Shown: piece after piece, positions 25,403-39,113 of the stretch | How positions within the stretch are numbered: the stretch's first letter is position 1 | How the letters are laid out: every line of letters begins with the position of its first letter | From: Tubiluchus corallicola | Lineage: Eukaryota; Animalia; Priapulida | Assembly: GCA_030141605.1 (NCBI GenBank) | Contig: JAQGDQ010000427.1 | Coordinates: 135,484-199,483, forward strand | Direction of reading: 5' to 3' | Length of the DNA: 64,000 nucleotides | The notes under the pieces: model-generated | Told to the model about the DNA's origin: nothing | The model's database searches: none | Seen by the model: the letters and a program-made list of their open reading frames with translations, nothing else | Program-made: the position numbers and the translations under genes

Positions 25403-26224
25403 TTAAATCACCTCTCATATTCATCTGTAAAAGCTTTAGTAAAAAAAATCGATCAAAGTAGGAAAGAGATGTCAGTCAGAGGTTCGAATTCCAGGATAGC
25501 ATGGCGGCCTTTAAATTCCGCATTATGATGAGCCATTTTGTATAGTTGTTCTATTAATGTAATTAATTACTTAAGTAATGAATATCTCTTAATTACAAAC
25601 GTTATCGTAATTAGCAAACAATTGTTTGTAAACTAACTGCATTTACCTTTTGTAACAAGTCATCTAGCACTCACCAATGTCACAGAATAGAACACTACAA
25701 TTACTCTGTAACAAGTTTTATTTCCAGCACTACCAACAAAAAATGGGGAACAAATACACAAAACAACAAACTTAAATAATTAACATGGCACATATATATA
25801 CTAGGCCAAGAAGCACCAGTGTCAGAAATCCAAGGTAGTAGTGACCGCCACACGCTTTTATACTGGCATTCCAGGTCAGCTGGCTTCTTACACCACGTGT
25901 AGGCCCAAACAAGACGTCTTGATGTACAAGGAAGAGGCGAGTCGCTGCTAATGAGTATTAGTACAGTACAGGGCGTACAGAGGGCGCTATACAGACCCGA
26001 CAACAGGTGTCCCTGTAAAAATATTATCTTTATCATTTCATATCGTTATAACAATAAGACTTATATAAGTTATAAAAATGATTTATATACGTTTGCCTAG
26101 ACCGCAAAATTATTTTCTAGGCTTGCAAATATCTAGTCTTTTATTAAGTTGCAGACCGAATTTTTTTAATGTCAGCTTAAAGTCTTACTGCAGTTTTGAA
26201 CTTTCATTTATATTATTAAATCAG

Positions 26225-26570
26225 ACATTATCAATCGATTGAATCACTGGTGTGTGTATTGTAACACTTTACTCTTCTACCAGATGTTCAAATCTTAGGC
26301 ATATTAAATTAAACATTATAAATCAGATGAATCATTTAACACCTTCGCTCTTTGTCTTATACCAAATGCTCAATTTATCAGGTGAATCACCTGTGCCTGC
26401 CTTTAAATAAATTAACTCTTTGTCTTACACCACAGATGTTCAGTTTATCAGGTGAATCACCTGTACCTGTTTAAATAATTTAACTCTTTGTCTTACACCA
26501 GCTGATCAATTTATCATGTGAATCACGAAACCTGATTAACATCCTTACTTTTGTTTCACACCAAATTTTA
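26225..26570. repeat. Degenerate 55-90 bp tandem units, the best two centred on the palindrome caggtga-a-tcacctg; duplicate at about 30420-30775
   Basis: 'tgaatca' recurs at about 26241, 26328, 26383, 26453 and 26519, each followed by 'ctctttgtcttacacca'-like sequence. Confidence 0.75.
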
Positions 26571-26832
26571 ACACTTAATGCAAGCTTAGTTGAACGTCAG
26601 TAATCAGGGGAATCTCAGTCATTTTATTATTGACAATGATGCTTTTCTACTTGACATAGAGAACGATCCTCATCAATTTAAAAACTTTATTAGCTTTTTT
26701 TAGAAACACACTTATACATCATGTATGTATTCCCTAATCATTGTAAGCTAAAACATAATATACATTTTCTCTGGTTTTTATATATATTTTGATCCAGGTA
26801 TAAAATAAGCCCTGTGTGAGTACAGTATCTAT

Positions 26833-26899
<67 letters not shown>

Positions 26900-28619
26900 C
26901 ATCTTTCTCTCTCTCTCACTCTCAGTGAGTTAAGAAAACGCAGTCATTAAATAAGCGTAAAATATTAAATTAGGTTTGTGCTTGAGCAAACAAAAAACAG
27001 AAGGTGTGCGTCATTTATCTGAAGCATGAAACTGAACTAATTATAGTTTAAATATGTATGGAATACCAAATGAAGTTAAAACAAAGAGAGGCAGGCAGCG
27101 TCAGTCACGTATTAATTATTAGTTAGTTTGGTATGCAGCAACAGTGTATTAATTTTCATGAAATTCCGTTATTTTCGTTATATAATATCGTAACAAAATA
27201 TCGCTTTTTGCGACACCTGATATATTAGACTGTTTACATAAATATGAATAAATATTTTGCGAACTTCTGCTTATAGCTCCGCGGAATTTGATATCTATGT
27301 TGAAATAGTGAAATGCTTAAAATTTTAGGCCTACGTGTTATCAAATCTGCTGAAATTTCTTTGTAAAAACAATAACTTTAATAAATCTCACATGATATTC
27401 TAATAGAACAAGATTAAGTTTTATACAGAACCATTTTCGTATTCGTATTCCCGCAAAGTGTATGCAATTTTAGGAAAGATAAAAATGCTGGCAAAAATCG
27501 AAAAATTAAAAATGAGAATATAAATAAAAATCACACAAAAAGCGAAATGAAAAAGACGACAAGTTTCGGGACATTGCTGCTCCATGCCTTCTAACGAAAG
27601 GGACAGTGAAATTCTATCAAAATTCATTAAGGAGCCCCCCCCCGTAAAAATAAGCGTATAGCCATAAGAGGAGAGAAATGGTCTGCGGGGAAATTTGATT
27701 TTATTTCAGACATTTACAGTCCTTAGAACAGTAAAAATAAGGCACAGGTAAAAACACAGAGTCAGTTTACAGAAACATAATAAGCTTACAAGAGGATTGT
27801 TTAATCAAATCTCCACCCACGAAAATGAGAAGCGTTTCAATTTTATGAATTCCTACTGAGATGCTGCAGAATGTCTACTGTTGCGACAAGAGGCGTATCA
27901 AGTCTTTCGCTGATAGCTCTGTCCTGTCGTCACTGTTGTGAATTTATGGCTGTTTATGTAATGAACAGATTAAACAGTTACTTGTGGTGTATAAGAAACA
28001 CTGTTTATTAAAACTTCTACATTAAAAACTTAAAATGATGCCGAATGTTTTGACAGGCTACTCATCATTCACAATCATACAACCAAGTTTATATAGGCAG
28101 AGCCTACAGTACAGAACATTATGCACTAATTAAGTAGTTAACAGAAGCCAAATAGGTAATGAATAAGCAGACCTGAGAAACGAAATTATGTAACCAATAA
28201 AACAGCCTGGCTACTATAAAAAGAGTTCCGTGAGTCACCAATGCGGTATTTGGACTGATAATGCACCACACTGTCTTTCCGTAAATCTTAATTAGATAAG
28301 ATTATTTACTCACTCCAAAGATAGAATTGTACATATACTTATTTACATTATATATATTATACATTATTATAGAATTGTACATTATTTTTTCAAATTTTAC
28401 GCAATGTTGTCTAAACTTGTTTTAAACGACCAGCCATTAAAATGGTTGCGCTTAACGGTCATCCTGGGAGTTTAAATTTACAAATTTTGTACAGCGTTAA
28501 GGCCGATGCAAGCCTTGCATGCAAAATGGAAATATGTAAGAGGTATAAAATATCTAGACGATTTTTTTAAGCTTCCACTTTTCTTCTGCTTTAAAGTTTA
28601 ATTTCTCTCACACGCTTTT

Positions 28620-30875
28620 GGCGTGAAATGAACTTTCTTGCTGCTTGGGTTTTCGTGAAAAAATCGAAAATGTTCTGAAAATGTTCTGATTTTCCGACAC
28701 CAATTCCACATTTCCTTAGCACACCCAGTGTGAAATGGGCCTTAGGTTTACCTAAACGTGTTTCAACTAATATGGAGAAAAAGTTAATGCCCAATTAAAG
28801 TCAATAATTATTACAGGCAGATTATAATGATTGTAATTATTATAAAATCATTTATAGTTAAAAAACAACTTTATTAAAACTTTTACATTAAAAACTTAAA
28901 ATGATGCTGAATGTTTCGCCAGGTTACTGCTGTCATCATTCACAAACATACAACCAAGTTAATATAGGCAGAGGCTACAAAATAGAACATTATGCACTAA
29001 TTAAGTATTTAACAGAAGCCAAATAGGTAATGAATAAGCAGACCTGAAGAAAAGAAATTATGTAATCAATAAAGCAGCCTGGCTACCAAATTAGATTAGA
29101 TTATTTATTCACTCTAAAAATACAATTGTACATTTACATAAATAAGATATAATTACAATTAAAGATAACTAGCTAATGTTTAAAGAAGGCAGAAGCCACC
29201 AGGCATGAATGCGCTTATGGTGACCCACTCCATGACATCAGTCGTTTCTGTTTAATTTACAAAAAGTATTAAAATCAATTGTAATTTCGAAATCATTTAG
29301 CGCATGCGTAGTGCGCTAAATTTAGTGCATGGCGCCCTACAGTATGAAATGGTTGTATACAGTATGTAATCAACAACTCCGCCATTTTAATTTGTAATGT
29401 ATTCACGCTACCGCCATACTAGCTGTGACGTAGCTGCGCTGCGTGCCGGTAGATGCGCAAACAGCGCTCCATGGTTTTCCCGCTGATACAAATAAGCTAA
29501 TTACGCATTAATTATGCAACGCAGTGCAAACCATTTTAAGCCAAATTACTGTCCGGTAATTCAGTTATAAAATAAATTTAATTCGATTTTCGTGATATTT
29601 CTCCTTTAAATCACCTCTCATATTCATCTGTCAAAGCTTTAGTAAAAAAAATCGATCAAAGTAGGAAAGAGATGTCAGTCAGAGGTTCGAATTCCAGGAT
29701 AACATGGCGGCCTTTAAATTCCGCATTATGATGAGCCATATTGTATAGTTGTTCTTTAATGCAATTAATTATTTAAATAACGAATATATCTTAATTACAA
29801 ATGTTATCGTAATTAGTAAACAATTGTTTATAAACTAACTGCATATACCTTTTGTAACAAGTCATCTAGCACACACTAATGTCACAGAATTGAACACTAG
29901 AATAACTCTGCAACAAGTTTTATTTGCAGCACTAATAACAAAAAAGGGGAACGAAATTCACAAAACAACTAACTTAAATAATTAACATGGCACACATATA
30001 TACTAGGCCAAGAAGCACCTGTGTCAGAAATCCAAGGTAGTAGTGACCGCCACACGCTTTTATACCGGCATTCCAGGTCAGCTGGATTCTCACACCACGT
30101 GTAGGCCCAAACAAGACGTCTGGATGTACAGGGAAGAGGCGAGTCGCTGCTAACGTGGAAGCAGGGCGTACAGAGGGCGCTATACAGACCCGACAACAGG
30201 TGTCCCTGTAAAAATATTATCTTTATCATTTCATATCGTTATAACAATAAGACTTATATAAGTTATAAAAATGATTTATATACGTTTGCCTAGACCGCAA
30301 AATTATTTTCTAGGCTTGCAAATATCTAGTCTTTTATTAAGTTGCAGACCGAATTTTTTTAATGTCAGCTTAAAGTCTTACTGCAGTTTTGAACTTTCAT
30401 TTATATTATTAAATCAGACATTATCAATCGATTGAATCACTGGTGTGTGTATTGTAACACTTTACTCTTCTACCAGATGTTCAAATCTTTAGGCATATTA
30501 AATTAAACATTATAAATCAGATGAATCATTGCAACGTCATTTAACACCTTCGCTCTTTGTCTTATACCAAATGCTCAATTTATCAGCTGAATCACCTGTG
30601 CCTGCCTTTAAATAAATTAACTCTTTGTCTTACACCACAGATGTTCAGTTTATCAGGTGAATCACCTGTACCTGTTTAAATAATTTAACTCTTTGTCTTA
30701 CACCAGCTGATCAATTTATCATGTGAATCACGAAACCTGATTAACATCCTTACTTTTGTTTCACACCAAATTTTAACACTTAATGCAAGTTTAGTTGAAT
30801 GTCAGCAATCAGGGGAATCATTGTCATGTTATTATTGACAATGACAAGCCTGTGTGAGTACAATATCTATTTATT
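28620..30875 (+). repeat. Local tandem segmental duplication, copy 2
   Basis: Colinear with 24665-26840. Confidence 0.93.
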
Positions 30876-31238
<363 letters not shown>

Positions 31239-32425
31239 GTATTATTATATCACAAATGTTATGATTATGGTGGCTCAACAACGCATTAAGAGGAAAGTAA
31301 ACAAAAGCTCTAGTCGTTCATTATGCGCTAAAAGATGGCAAATTGAATGAACAAAAAGCAAGAAATAAGCTTAGTGATTTGAGGTAACAGAACAGAATGT
31401 CTATATCATTTACATGATGCATCTAATTAAATTAATTATGAATTAAATATGTATGAAATAGGAATCAATTAGTTAAAATCTTGTGTAGAAACAAAGGACG
31501 GTATCACAGTCACGTATATGACTCATCTGACTTATTACTGAAACTTCAACGTAATTCATCTGCGTTGCAACAAAAGGCAAATGTGTTACTCTAAAAACGT
31601 CTAACTTCTTTTATTGATTAAGGCTAAGTTCTAAGATGAAATTATAACAGTTATACATGCAGCCATTAAAACATTGTTAGAAGATCAGATACAAGAATTC
31701 AGGTAAAAGTACGTTCAGGGAAAACAGCAATAGTTCGAGATCCATTCTCTGAACCAATCTTGTGCACTGATGCTCGAGTTTTTAGCACTTCATAAGAAAT
31801 TCCTCATTTGGGTTACAAGAATCGGTTTAGCCCACTTTTGTCTCGCTAACAGGATATTAGGTTGGACTATATTTTGGAACTTCTCAAACTTTCTTGGCTA
31901 GTCAGTGATGATGCCCTCTTTGTATGAGGAGGTAGGGAGAATACGGACTAAGTATTTATTAGTCTTGAGTGGTTAGTACAATCCTGTTGCAAAGGATTAA
32001 GGATCTATGTGCTCATGTAATGGGTGATGCGCTTTGACTAGATTATTTTAGTGCCACTCCAAAACAGCTTTCAATCTTTTTTCCAGCGAAAAAGTTACGG
32101 AACATTAAGATTATTCCTCTACTATGAAAGAATTATATGCGAATTCCAAAAAAATATAATAAGCCTTGGTTCAATAAGGTTTGTATCACGAATTTTGCGT
32201 TATTCTACATTTTTTTAATTAATGTCATTTTGACGTTTGTAATTTTGAAGGCAGAAAATACAGAAAGGTGGGAGATTTATTTATGAAGGACTGAAGACAG
32301 GATGACGACGCTAACGTCAAACTCTTTTATGAATAAAAACAAAAATAAAAATAGAAGTTAAGTAAATTTTAAGTCATGGCTAATAAAAACTTTTTTTATT
32401 TCGTGGTTACATGGATCCTTGAAAA

Positions 32426-32495
<70 letters not shown>

Positions 32496-32582
32496 TAATA
32501 ATAATAATAATAATAATAACAGTAATAATAATAATAATAATAATAATGATAAATGGTTAATATATATATATATATATATATA
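32426..32582. repeat. (TAAA)n(TAA)n and (TA)n microsatellites
   Basis: Read directly from the sequence. Confidence 0.95.
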
Positions 32583-32639
32583 GAACATATAGGAATAGGC
32601 ACTATTAAAACTGTTACAATATAAGTTTGGAAGTTAAAT

Positions 32640-34720
32640 AAATCATACAAGATTAAACTGCTCTTGAATCTCTTTGCTCTGCGTCTAGGTAAGTGGTTTT
32701 TGATGGTGGTGAGTGCTGTATCTATGAATATGGGCATCTGGCAATAGAGTGTGGATTTTGATATTAAGATTTTGAATTGATGAGAAAAACTTTTTGCAAG
32801 AATTTTGGCGACAGTTAAGTAAAGGTTGAAGATCAGAGTAGAGCCAATCTGCATAGTTATCATTTGAAAAAATATTTTCAATGAACGTTTTTGAACTGTT
32901 TCTAACAAATCAGAGATGAGTGTCATTCCTGATAAGCGTATATTTATAATGTATAATGTAATTTGGGAAAGTTACTGTTATTAGCGTGAAACAAAGGCTC
33001 CACTCTACTAAGTTACTCTAAATAATATAACAGCTGCATCTGCTTTGCTCAGGTAAAATTAATTAGGACTGATCTATTACCTGGTGTACAATCCAATTTT
33101 AATGAACTAACATGGATGTGCCCGCAAAAGATGCTTAATTACGATAATAGTGGCATTGATCAACTCGAACAAAATAAAAATTCGTGAATTATTTAATTAA
33201 TCATGAGTGCGGCGAAGTTGAAAGACGTACATCGAGTTTCCTAGTAAATCAAGTATGCAGCAGGTATGGCAACATTAACGTCTACGCAAGGCCATTTTAA
33301 CTCATTTAACTCATTTTAACTCCTCCAAAATTAACGAATTCCTAAAAATATATGTTTTTTGGTTGAATATGTTTTTCATGTTGTAGTCGTCACGGGCATT
33401 TTAGCATTGTACAGTGAAGTGAATTCTAAGCAGGCTTCAAAGAAAAATTTTAAACCGGTATCCTTTCTTTGGAAACGACTGGAATTTTTTATTGGAGGTT
33501 CTAGTCAAAAGACAATTTAAAAAACGCTGATATGATAAGTGGTCAGTGTATTTCATTGCGAAAAATTATTAAAGTGTCAATAAAATTTATTCATCATTTC
33601 ATTTCAATAAAACTAAAAAAAGCGGTGCTAATATAATCCTGTATAAATGACAGTTCGTTGGTGAATGAGTCAATAAACGTTGTTTTCTATTCACTGCTCA
33701 TATTTTTTAAAGTTGATAGCTTAACTAGTTTATACGGAGATATGGCAGTTTCTAGTTTTACAGAATGGCTTCCTGGTAAATACAATAATGAATTACTGCG
33801 TTATTTATTCTTCTGGCATTAAATTATTTAAGAGCCGGCTTCTGTGTTGATCAGTCGGAAGCCAGTGAAATTATTGGAATTACTAGAAGGTATCTATTGA
33901 AATTGAGCATATGGCAATTTCTACTTTAAGCTAATGCAACAAATGATTCACTTGTTAATTACTCTCCTGACACTAAATTATTCAGGAAAAGGCTTCTGAA
34001 TTAATTAGTGAACTTAGGAGAAGCTACTTAGTGAAAATAAGCAATGAGGGGACTTTGTTCTTATGGCAGCAATGTTATATAATAAATTAATGTGTTAATT
34101 AGTCTTCTGATACTAAATTATTCAGGAAAAGGCTTCTGGTTTGATTAGTGGAATTAGGAGAAGTAATTAGTGAATCTGAGCATATGATAACTTCTGCTTT
34201 GGTCTTATGGCGGTAATGCATAATGATTTGATACATTAAGTTTTCTTCTGTGTCTGAATTATTTAAGAACAGGTTTCTGGTTTTCCAAAAGATTTGTATA
34301 TTATGTTTGAATGGCAATCGTTTGTTGGCTTACACATAAGTCAGAAATTTTGTTCATTTGTAATATTTTATATTTTTATAAAAGAAGAAAAAGTGGAGAC
34401 TTGTGGGCTGAATTCGTAATCGAAAAAACCTCCTCAACTTTGTTTCTGATTCAAATAAATATAATTATGTGAAATTAAAGCTGCTTTCCACAATCGTGTT
34501 TCATACATGAGAAAGAAATCAAGAACGTCGATTAAAACAAGTGCATAATTATTACAATTCACCACGTTATCTATACAACGATGCTTATATTACTAATTAT
34601 ATTAGTAAATCGAGAAACGCCAGCCTACTAAATTATATTATTATACGTTTTAGTATGACGTAGTTCGTAACGTCAAGTAATCTATAAATATGATACTGAA
34701 CTATGATATAGTTATAATAT
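32640..34720 (-). repeat. Segment S, inverted copy 2, including the CR1-like 3' end (ORF 32396-32926)
   Basis: Reverse complement of about 8050-10130. Confidence 0.9.
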
Positions 34721-35101
34721 ATTACTTGTGGTCAATTAGAAACACTATTAACCTAGAGTAAGTTTTCACGTGGTCATTACTAAAGTATTTGCATAATACT
34801 TGCATTCAAATAAGCTGCTCAACTGCTTGTTGTGTGTACTACATTGCAATTCGTTAAGTGTCACTTGTATAAAAGATTTGCTCAGGAACTGCCTGTCGCC
34901 CTAGGCTACAGCCTAGTTAGACTATTGGTTAATATGCCCCTGATTGTGACATCCCATTTTAATCCCGTTACTAAGTCTCATTTTAAGATGTCTGTTTGTA
35001 TTTTTATTTTTCCAATGTATTTTTATATTTTGTTGTTTTTATTGTAGAAAAGAGCTCTAGCTGCTTATTTTATCCATGTAGATAACTGCATTGGATAAAA
35101 T

Positions 35102-35345
35102 TTACCTTACCTCACTTTACCTTACCTAACCTTACCTTACCTTACCTTACCTTACCTTACCTTACCTTATCACACATTACATTACTTTACCTTACCTTAC
35201 CTTACCTTACCTTGCCTTGCCTTGCCTTGCCTTGCCTTGCCTTGCCTTGCCTTGCCTTGCCTTGCCTTGCCTTGCCTTACCTTACCTTACCTTACCTTAC
35301 CTTATCTTACCTTACATTGCCTTATCTTACTATCCTTACGTTATT
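35102..35345. repeat. (CCTTA)n/(CCTTG)n pentanucleotide repeat, possibly the tail of a plus-strand LINE 3' UTR at about 34830-35100
   Basis: Repeat read directly; the tail interpretation is inference. Confidence 0.9.
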
Positions 35346-35565
35346 ACCTTAACTTATGTTACCTTAACTCATATTACTAAGCTTACAAGTAACAAAAAGG
35401 AAGAAAGAAATAGACACATTTTGCATGAAGCCCTGACTACTGACCACATTGAGAGTGCGCCCTGGAATCCTCATAATTATGTAGGCCTAGTATTTGATTA
35501 ATTGAGTATGCTCGTAGTATTTGAAATGAAATCGAAGACGAATTGCACTTTCTTATAAAATACCC

Positions 35566-36045
35566 GTAGATAGGCAAGTAGGTAGATAGGTAGGTAAGTA
35601 AGTAGGGTAGGTAGGCAGGTTGGAAGGTAGGTAGGTAGGTAGGTAGATAGGTAGGTAGGTAGGCAGGTTGGAAGGTAGGTAGGTAGGTAGGTAGGTAGGT
35701 TGGTTGGTAGGTAGGCGAGTAGGTAGATAGGTAGGCAGGTTGGAATGTTGGTAGGTAGGTAGGCAGGTAGGTAGGTAGGTATGTTGGTTGGTAGGTAGGT
35801 ACGTAGGTAGATAGGTAGGTAAGTAGGTAGGTAGGTTGGCAGGTTGGTAGGTAGGTAGGTAGGTAGGTAGGTAAGTAAATAGGTAGATAGGTAGGTATGT
35901 AGGTAGGTAGGTAGGTAGGTAGGCAGGCAGGCAGGCAGGTAGGTAGGTAGGTAGATAGGTAGGTAGGTAGGTAGGTAGGTAGGTAGGTAGGTTTGTAGGT
36001 CGGTAGGTAGGTAGGTAGGTGGGTAAGTAAGCAAATAAGTAAGCA
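35566..36045. repeat. (TAGG)n tetranucleotide repeat, equivalent to a (CCTA)n tail of the adjacent minus-strand LINE
   Basis: Read directly; it lies immediately 3' of the Rex1-like element. Confidence 0.93.
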
Positions 36046-38120
36046 ATCTATTGTTATTAAACCATAATACACACAATGAAATTTATGTGGTTTTACGTAC
36101 GTTACATGGTTTTGCAATAACTTATGGAAACAACAAGGAGATTAACACAAATAATTCAATCGGTTGAGATAAAGAATTAATATTGGAGATTTACTGAAAT
36201 TTACTGTTGATGGTGCGAATTGCAACGGGATAGAAAGAAGTTAATGTTCTTGTGGTTTTAGCGTTAATTGAGCGGAATTTACGACCAGATGGGAAGCATT
36301 TCAAAATATTTATTACCTGGATGGAATTCGTCTTTCATGATAACTTGCGCACTCTTTGCTACCCTAGTTTCATTCAAATATGCCATAGATTGCTGTTCAA
36401 CTCCTATAATTTTTGAGGCGCATTTAATAATTTGATCAAGAGCATTGCGATCTCACTATGTGGTGGCGCCAATGGTACCAAACAGTGAGGGATGTTGTTA
36501 AGACATTCTCTATTACTACACGATAAAAAATTTCCATCACAGTAGGGGCAACATTATATGATATCAATTATCTAAAAAGTACAAACGCTGGCGGACCTTT
36601 TTACACAATAGCCACATTATTTTCCCTGATCATCTGAAATTTTTATTCCCAAATATTTGAAATCTTTAATAATTTTTACAGCTGTTTCATTTAAAAGTAA
36701 AGATGCTCTTCCACCAGGCTTGTTTCTAAAATCTACGATAATTTCTTTTGTCTTTGAAACATTCAGTGTGTAACGACCAGCTTAGCATATATCTTTGTAT
36801 TTGTAACTAGATTAAGTTATTACTAACTTAACTTCGTTGTAGAATGAGATATGTTTTTCTGGCCAATGTAAACTTTACGGTAGTATACGTAATTTAGTTT
36901 GGGCTGTATAAAATTGTTGTTTATAGCTGTTCAATGTATAAACCAGGTGTTCCACTTTAGTTATGCGCATAGGTCAAAACTAGGGTAAACTCGTTGAACG
37001 GATATGCAAATTCACGTTATCCTGCTATAGTGTTATTGAAGCCAGACTATGATACAACCGGCTTTAGAGGTCTTTTCACACAGATGTGTAGAGAACGACG
37101 TGGCTCTTTGCAAGAGAGACTTGCGGGCAGATATAATGCTGGACAGTTTATTTTAACATATGTTTTGCCTCTTTGCATATAAGTCGTGCAACTTTAGCTG
37201 GCTCTACCTAATGCTAATGTTTAGTGAAAGTTCCAACAACGTGTTAGTGACTATTTATTTGGGCAGTTCTAGAATTGAGCCCAGTTCACCATTTGTTTAC
37301 ATCGAGTTACATTGTGACATCTGACATGATAACCAAACTACCGGTCTACCAACGCAGGACGCTTCCGGGAGCGACTCCCATCTGCTTATGACTTCGCAGT
37401 TCAGCTATGCTCTAAACACCCGGGTGTGCACACCGATGTTGTGGATCCGCCATCTTCGTCGTCGTGCTACCGCCGATAAGTATTGCTGACGTATACTTTC
37501 ATTGATGCAGAGACTGTAAGTGATAAATTCTCGTTTCTTTTGTTTAACTACTAGGCCACAGCCTGTTGCTTCCTTTTGTACAACGATACTTGCTTCGACT
37601 GGCAGTGGCTGGTAAAGCTAAGACTCAGTTGAAAGTGCTGATAGCTTACATATAAAGCTCGTGTGGATGGAGCTTTACTTTATGGACTTACTATTAACAA
37701 GCATTGGTGAACTATTAGATTATTTTCTTTCGTTAGCCAAAAGTTTATTGAACTGGTACCCGGGTACAAATTAACAGCTGTCACTTGGTTTGAACTAATT
37801 TATATTTTCAACATTTATGAATATTAAAGGGTTATCTTATCATAAAAACTGCATAAAATTAGTTTCACGTTTTGTGTTCAAGAAATATATTGAGTAAAAA
37901 CTGAGTAGTATGACACACGCTACCAAACAATAAGAGCGCTGATTGCTCATACTTGATTGTGAGATCCGCCCCACATTACACAGTTCTAAATTATTCTTTT
38001 CGCACCATCGTATTAAATTTTGAACTTCCAAAAAATAATTAGAGTTGTTGTTATTGCAAATAAGATTATTATAATATTGATTAATACTAATATTATAATT
38101 ATTTCATAGTCTATAATAAC
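36046..38120 (-). mobile_element. Decayed 5'-truncated Rex1/Babar-like LINE (RT C-terminal half), split by a solo LTR
   Basis: Joining across the insertion gives EVQNLIRWCEKNNLEL|NVSKTKEIIVDFRNK...DFKYLGIKISDD...VKKVRQRLYFL...IENVLTTSLTVW...IMKDEFHPGNKYFEMLP...SFYPVAIRTIN. Confidence 0.85.
36769..37980. mobile_element. Solo LTR (1212 bp), TGTAAC...ATTACA, 5-bp TSD cagtg/cagtt
   Basis: TG...CA termini with a short inverted repeat. Removing it plus one TSD restores the LINE reading frame. No internal ORF. Confidence 0.85.
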
Positions 38121-38409
38121 AATAATTAGTTTAAAATTAAAGTATGTTTGGAGGTGTGAATTTAACAAAAATGTTTAATGAGTCAGAGAAATTTGTCACA
38201 TAAGAATGCAGGCGCTAGTGCCCGTCTAACTAGCAAATGGCGAAATGCATGTAACAGCGAATAACTGGTGGTGCAAACGTGAAATTGTGATTGTGTGGTA
38301 ATAATTATTTCAAGTAAGTCATTCTTAAAAAATAATATGTTTCCTTTCAATATTTTAATAAATAGGTTGTGTTGACCTACACTTTAACATTGGGTCCGAT
38401 CTTGCTTTT

Positions 38410-39020
38410 AGGCCGCCATGTTTCGTAGCTTTGGCGCCGAGTGAGTGAGAATGTCACGTGATCTGCGCATAAAGCTTCTATGGTCATCATTATGGCGGCT
38501 TGCATGGTGCGCGATCAAATTAGACAGAATGTTTCAATTGTGATATATAAGGTCAGTTGTTCTTCAAATTTAGCTAAAAGTTTTGTGTTAAACGAAAAAT
38601 TTTCACACGGAAGCTTTCATTTCTGTTCAGGTAAAATTTTTAAATTAAATAAATTTACCCAGATCTAGGTACGGGAATAATATGTATTTGGTTTAGTCGG
38701 CATTTTAGTAGATTAAGCAAAAGCCTAGCTACTATTAGTAAAAAAACTCTCACATTTAAAACGTATGCTTTGACGAAATTGCAGACAGTTTTTTCACTTG
38801 GGTTCAGCAGTCGTAGACCTACTATAGGACAGCTAGAGAATAGCAAATAAAATTTCAAAATTAAAAAGGATTTGTGTCTAAAATGCACAAGTTTAAAGTT
38901 TCAATTGCAAGCTGTCGCAAGTGTTACCAGAATCCTAAAATTGTGAAATTATTATTAGACTCATGCCTCATAAGTCAAGGCCTACAATATGACGCTACAC
39001 TTTCGTTCATCTGTGTGTGA
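38410..39020 (+). repeat. Dispersed repeat family B, copy 2 (preceded by a partial family A copy at 38195-38410)
   Basis: Colinear with 20858-21450. Confidence 0.9.
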
Positions 39021-39113
39021 CTCGGATACTAAAGCCAATGATACAATCCTGAAATACACAAACCGGCTGAGGTCGGCTATGTTAAAAAGATCGCTGAAAT
39101 TAGACTACATTAA

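Larger units (their letters stand above)
24665..26840 (+). repeat. Local tandem segmental duplication, copy 1 (copy 2 at 28620-30875; partial copy at 28000-28220)
   Basis: Colinear with long near-identical stretches, for example 26020-26290 versus 30213-30485. Paired ORFs MGINFFS.. and MIKIIFLQ.. appear in the track. 21990-22250 also repeats 24425-24700. Confidence 0.93.

Noticed and set aside
25470-25500. tRNA or SINE B-box (ggttcgaattcc), with similar motifs at about 575, 29685 and 50921
   Set aside because: No convincing A-box or cloverleaf at the expected distance.
35102-36045. Interstitial telomere repeat
   Set aside because: Units are CCTTA/CCTTG and TAGG, not TTAGG or TTAGGG. They are better explained as LINE tails or microsatellites.
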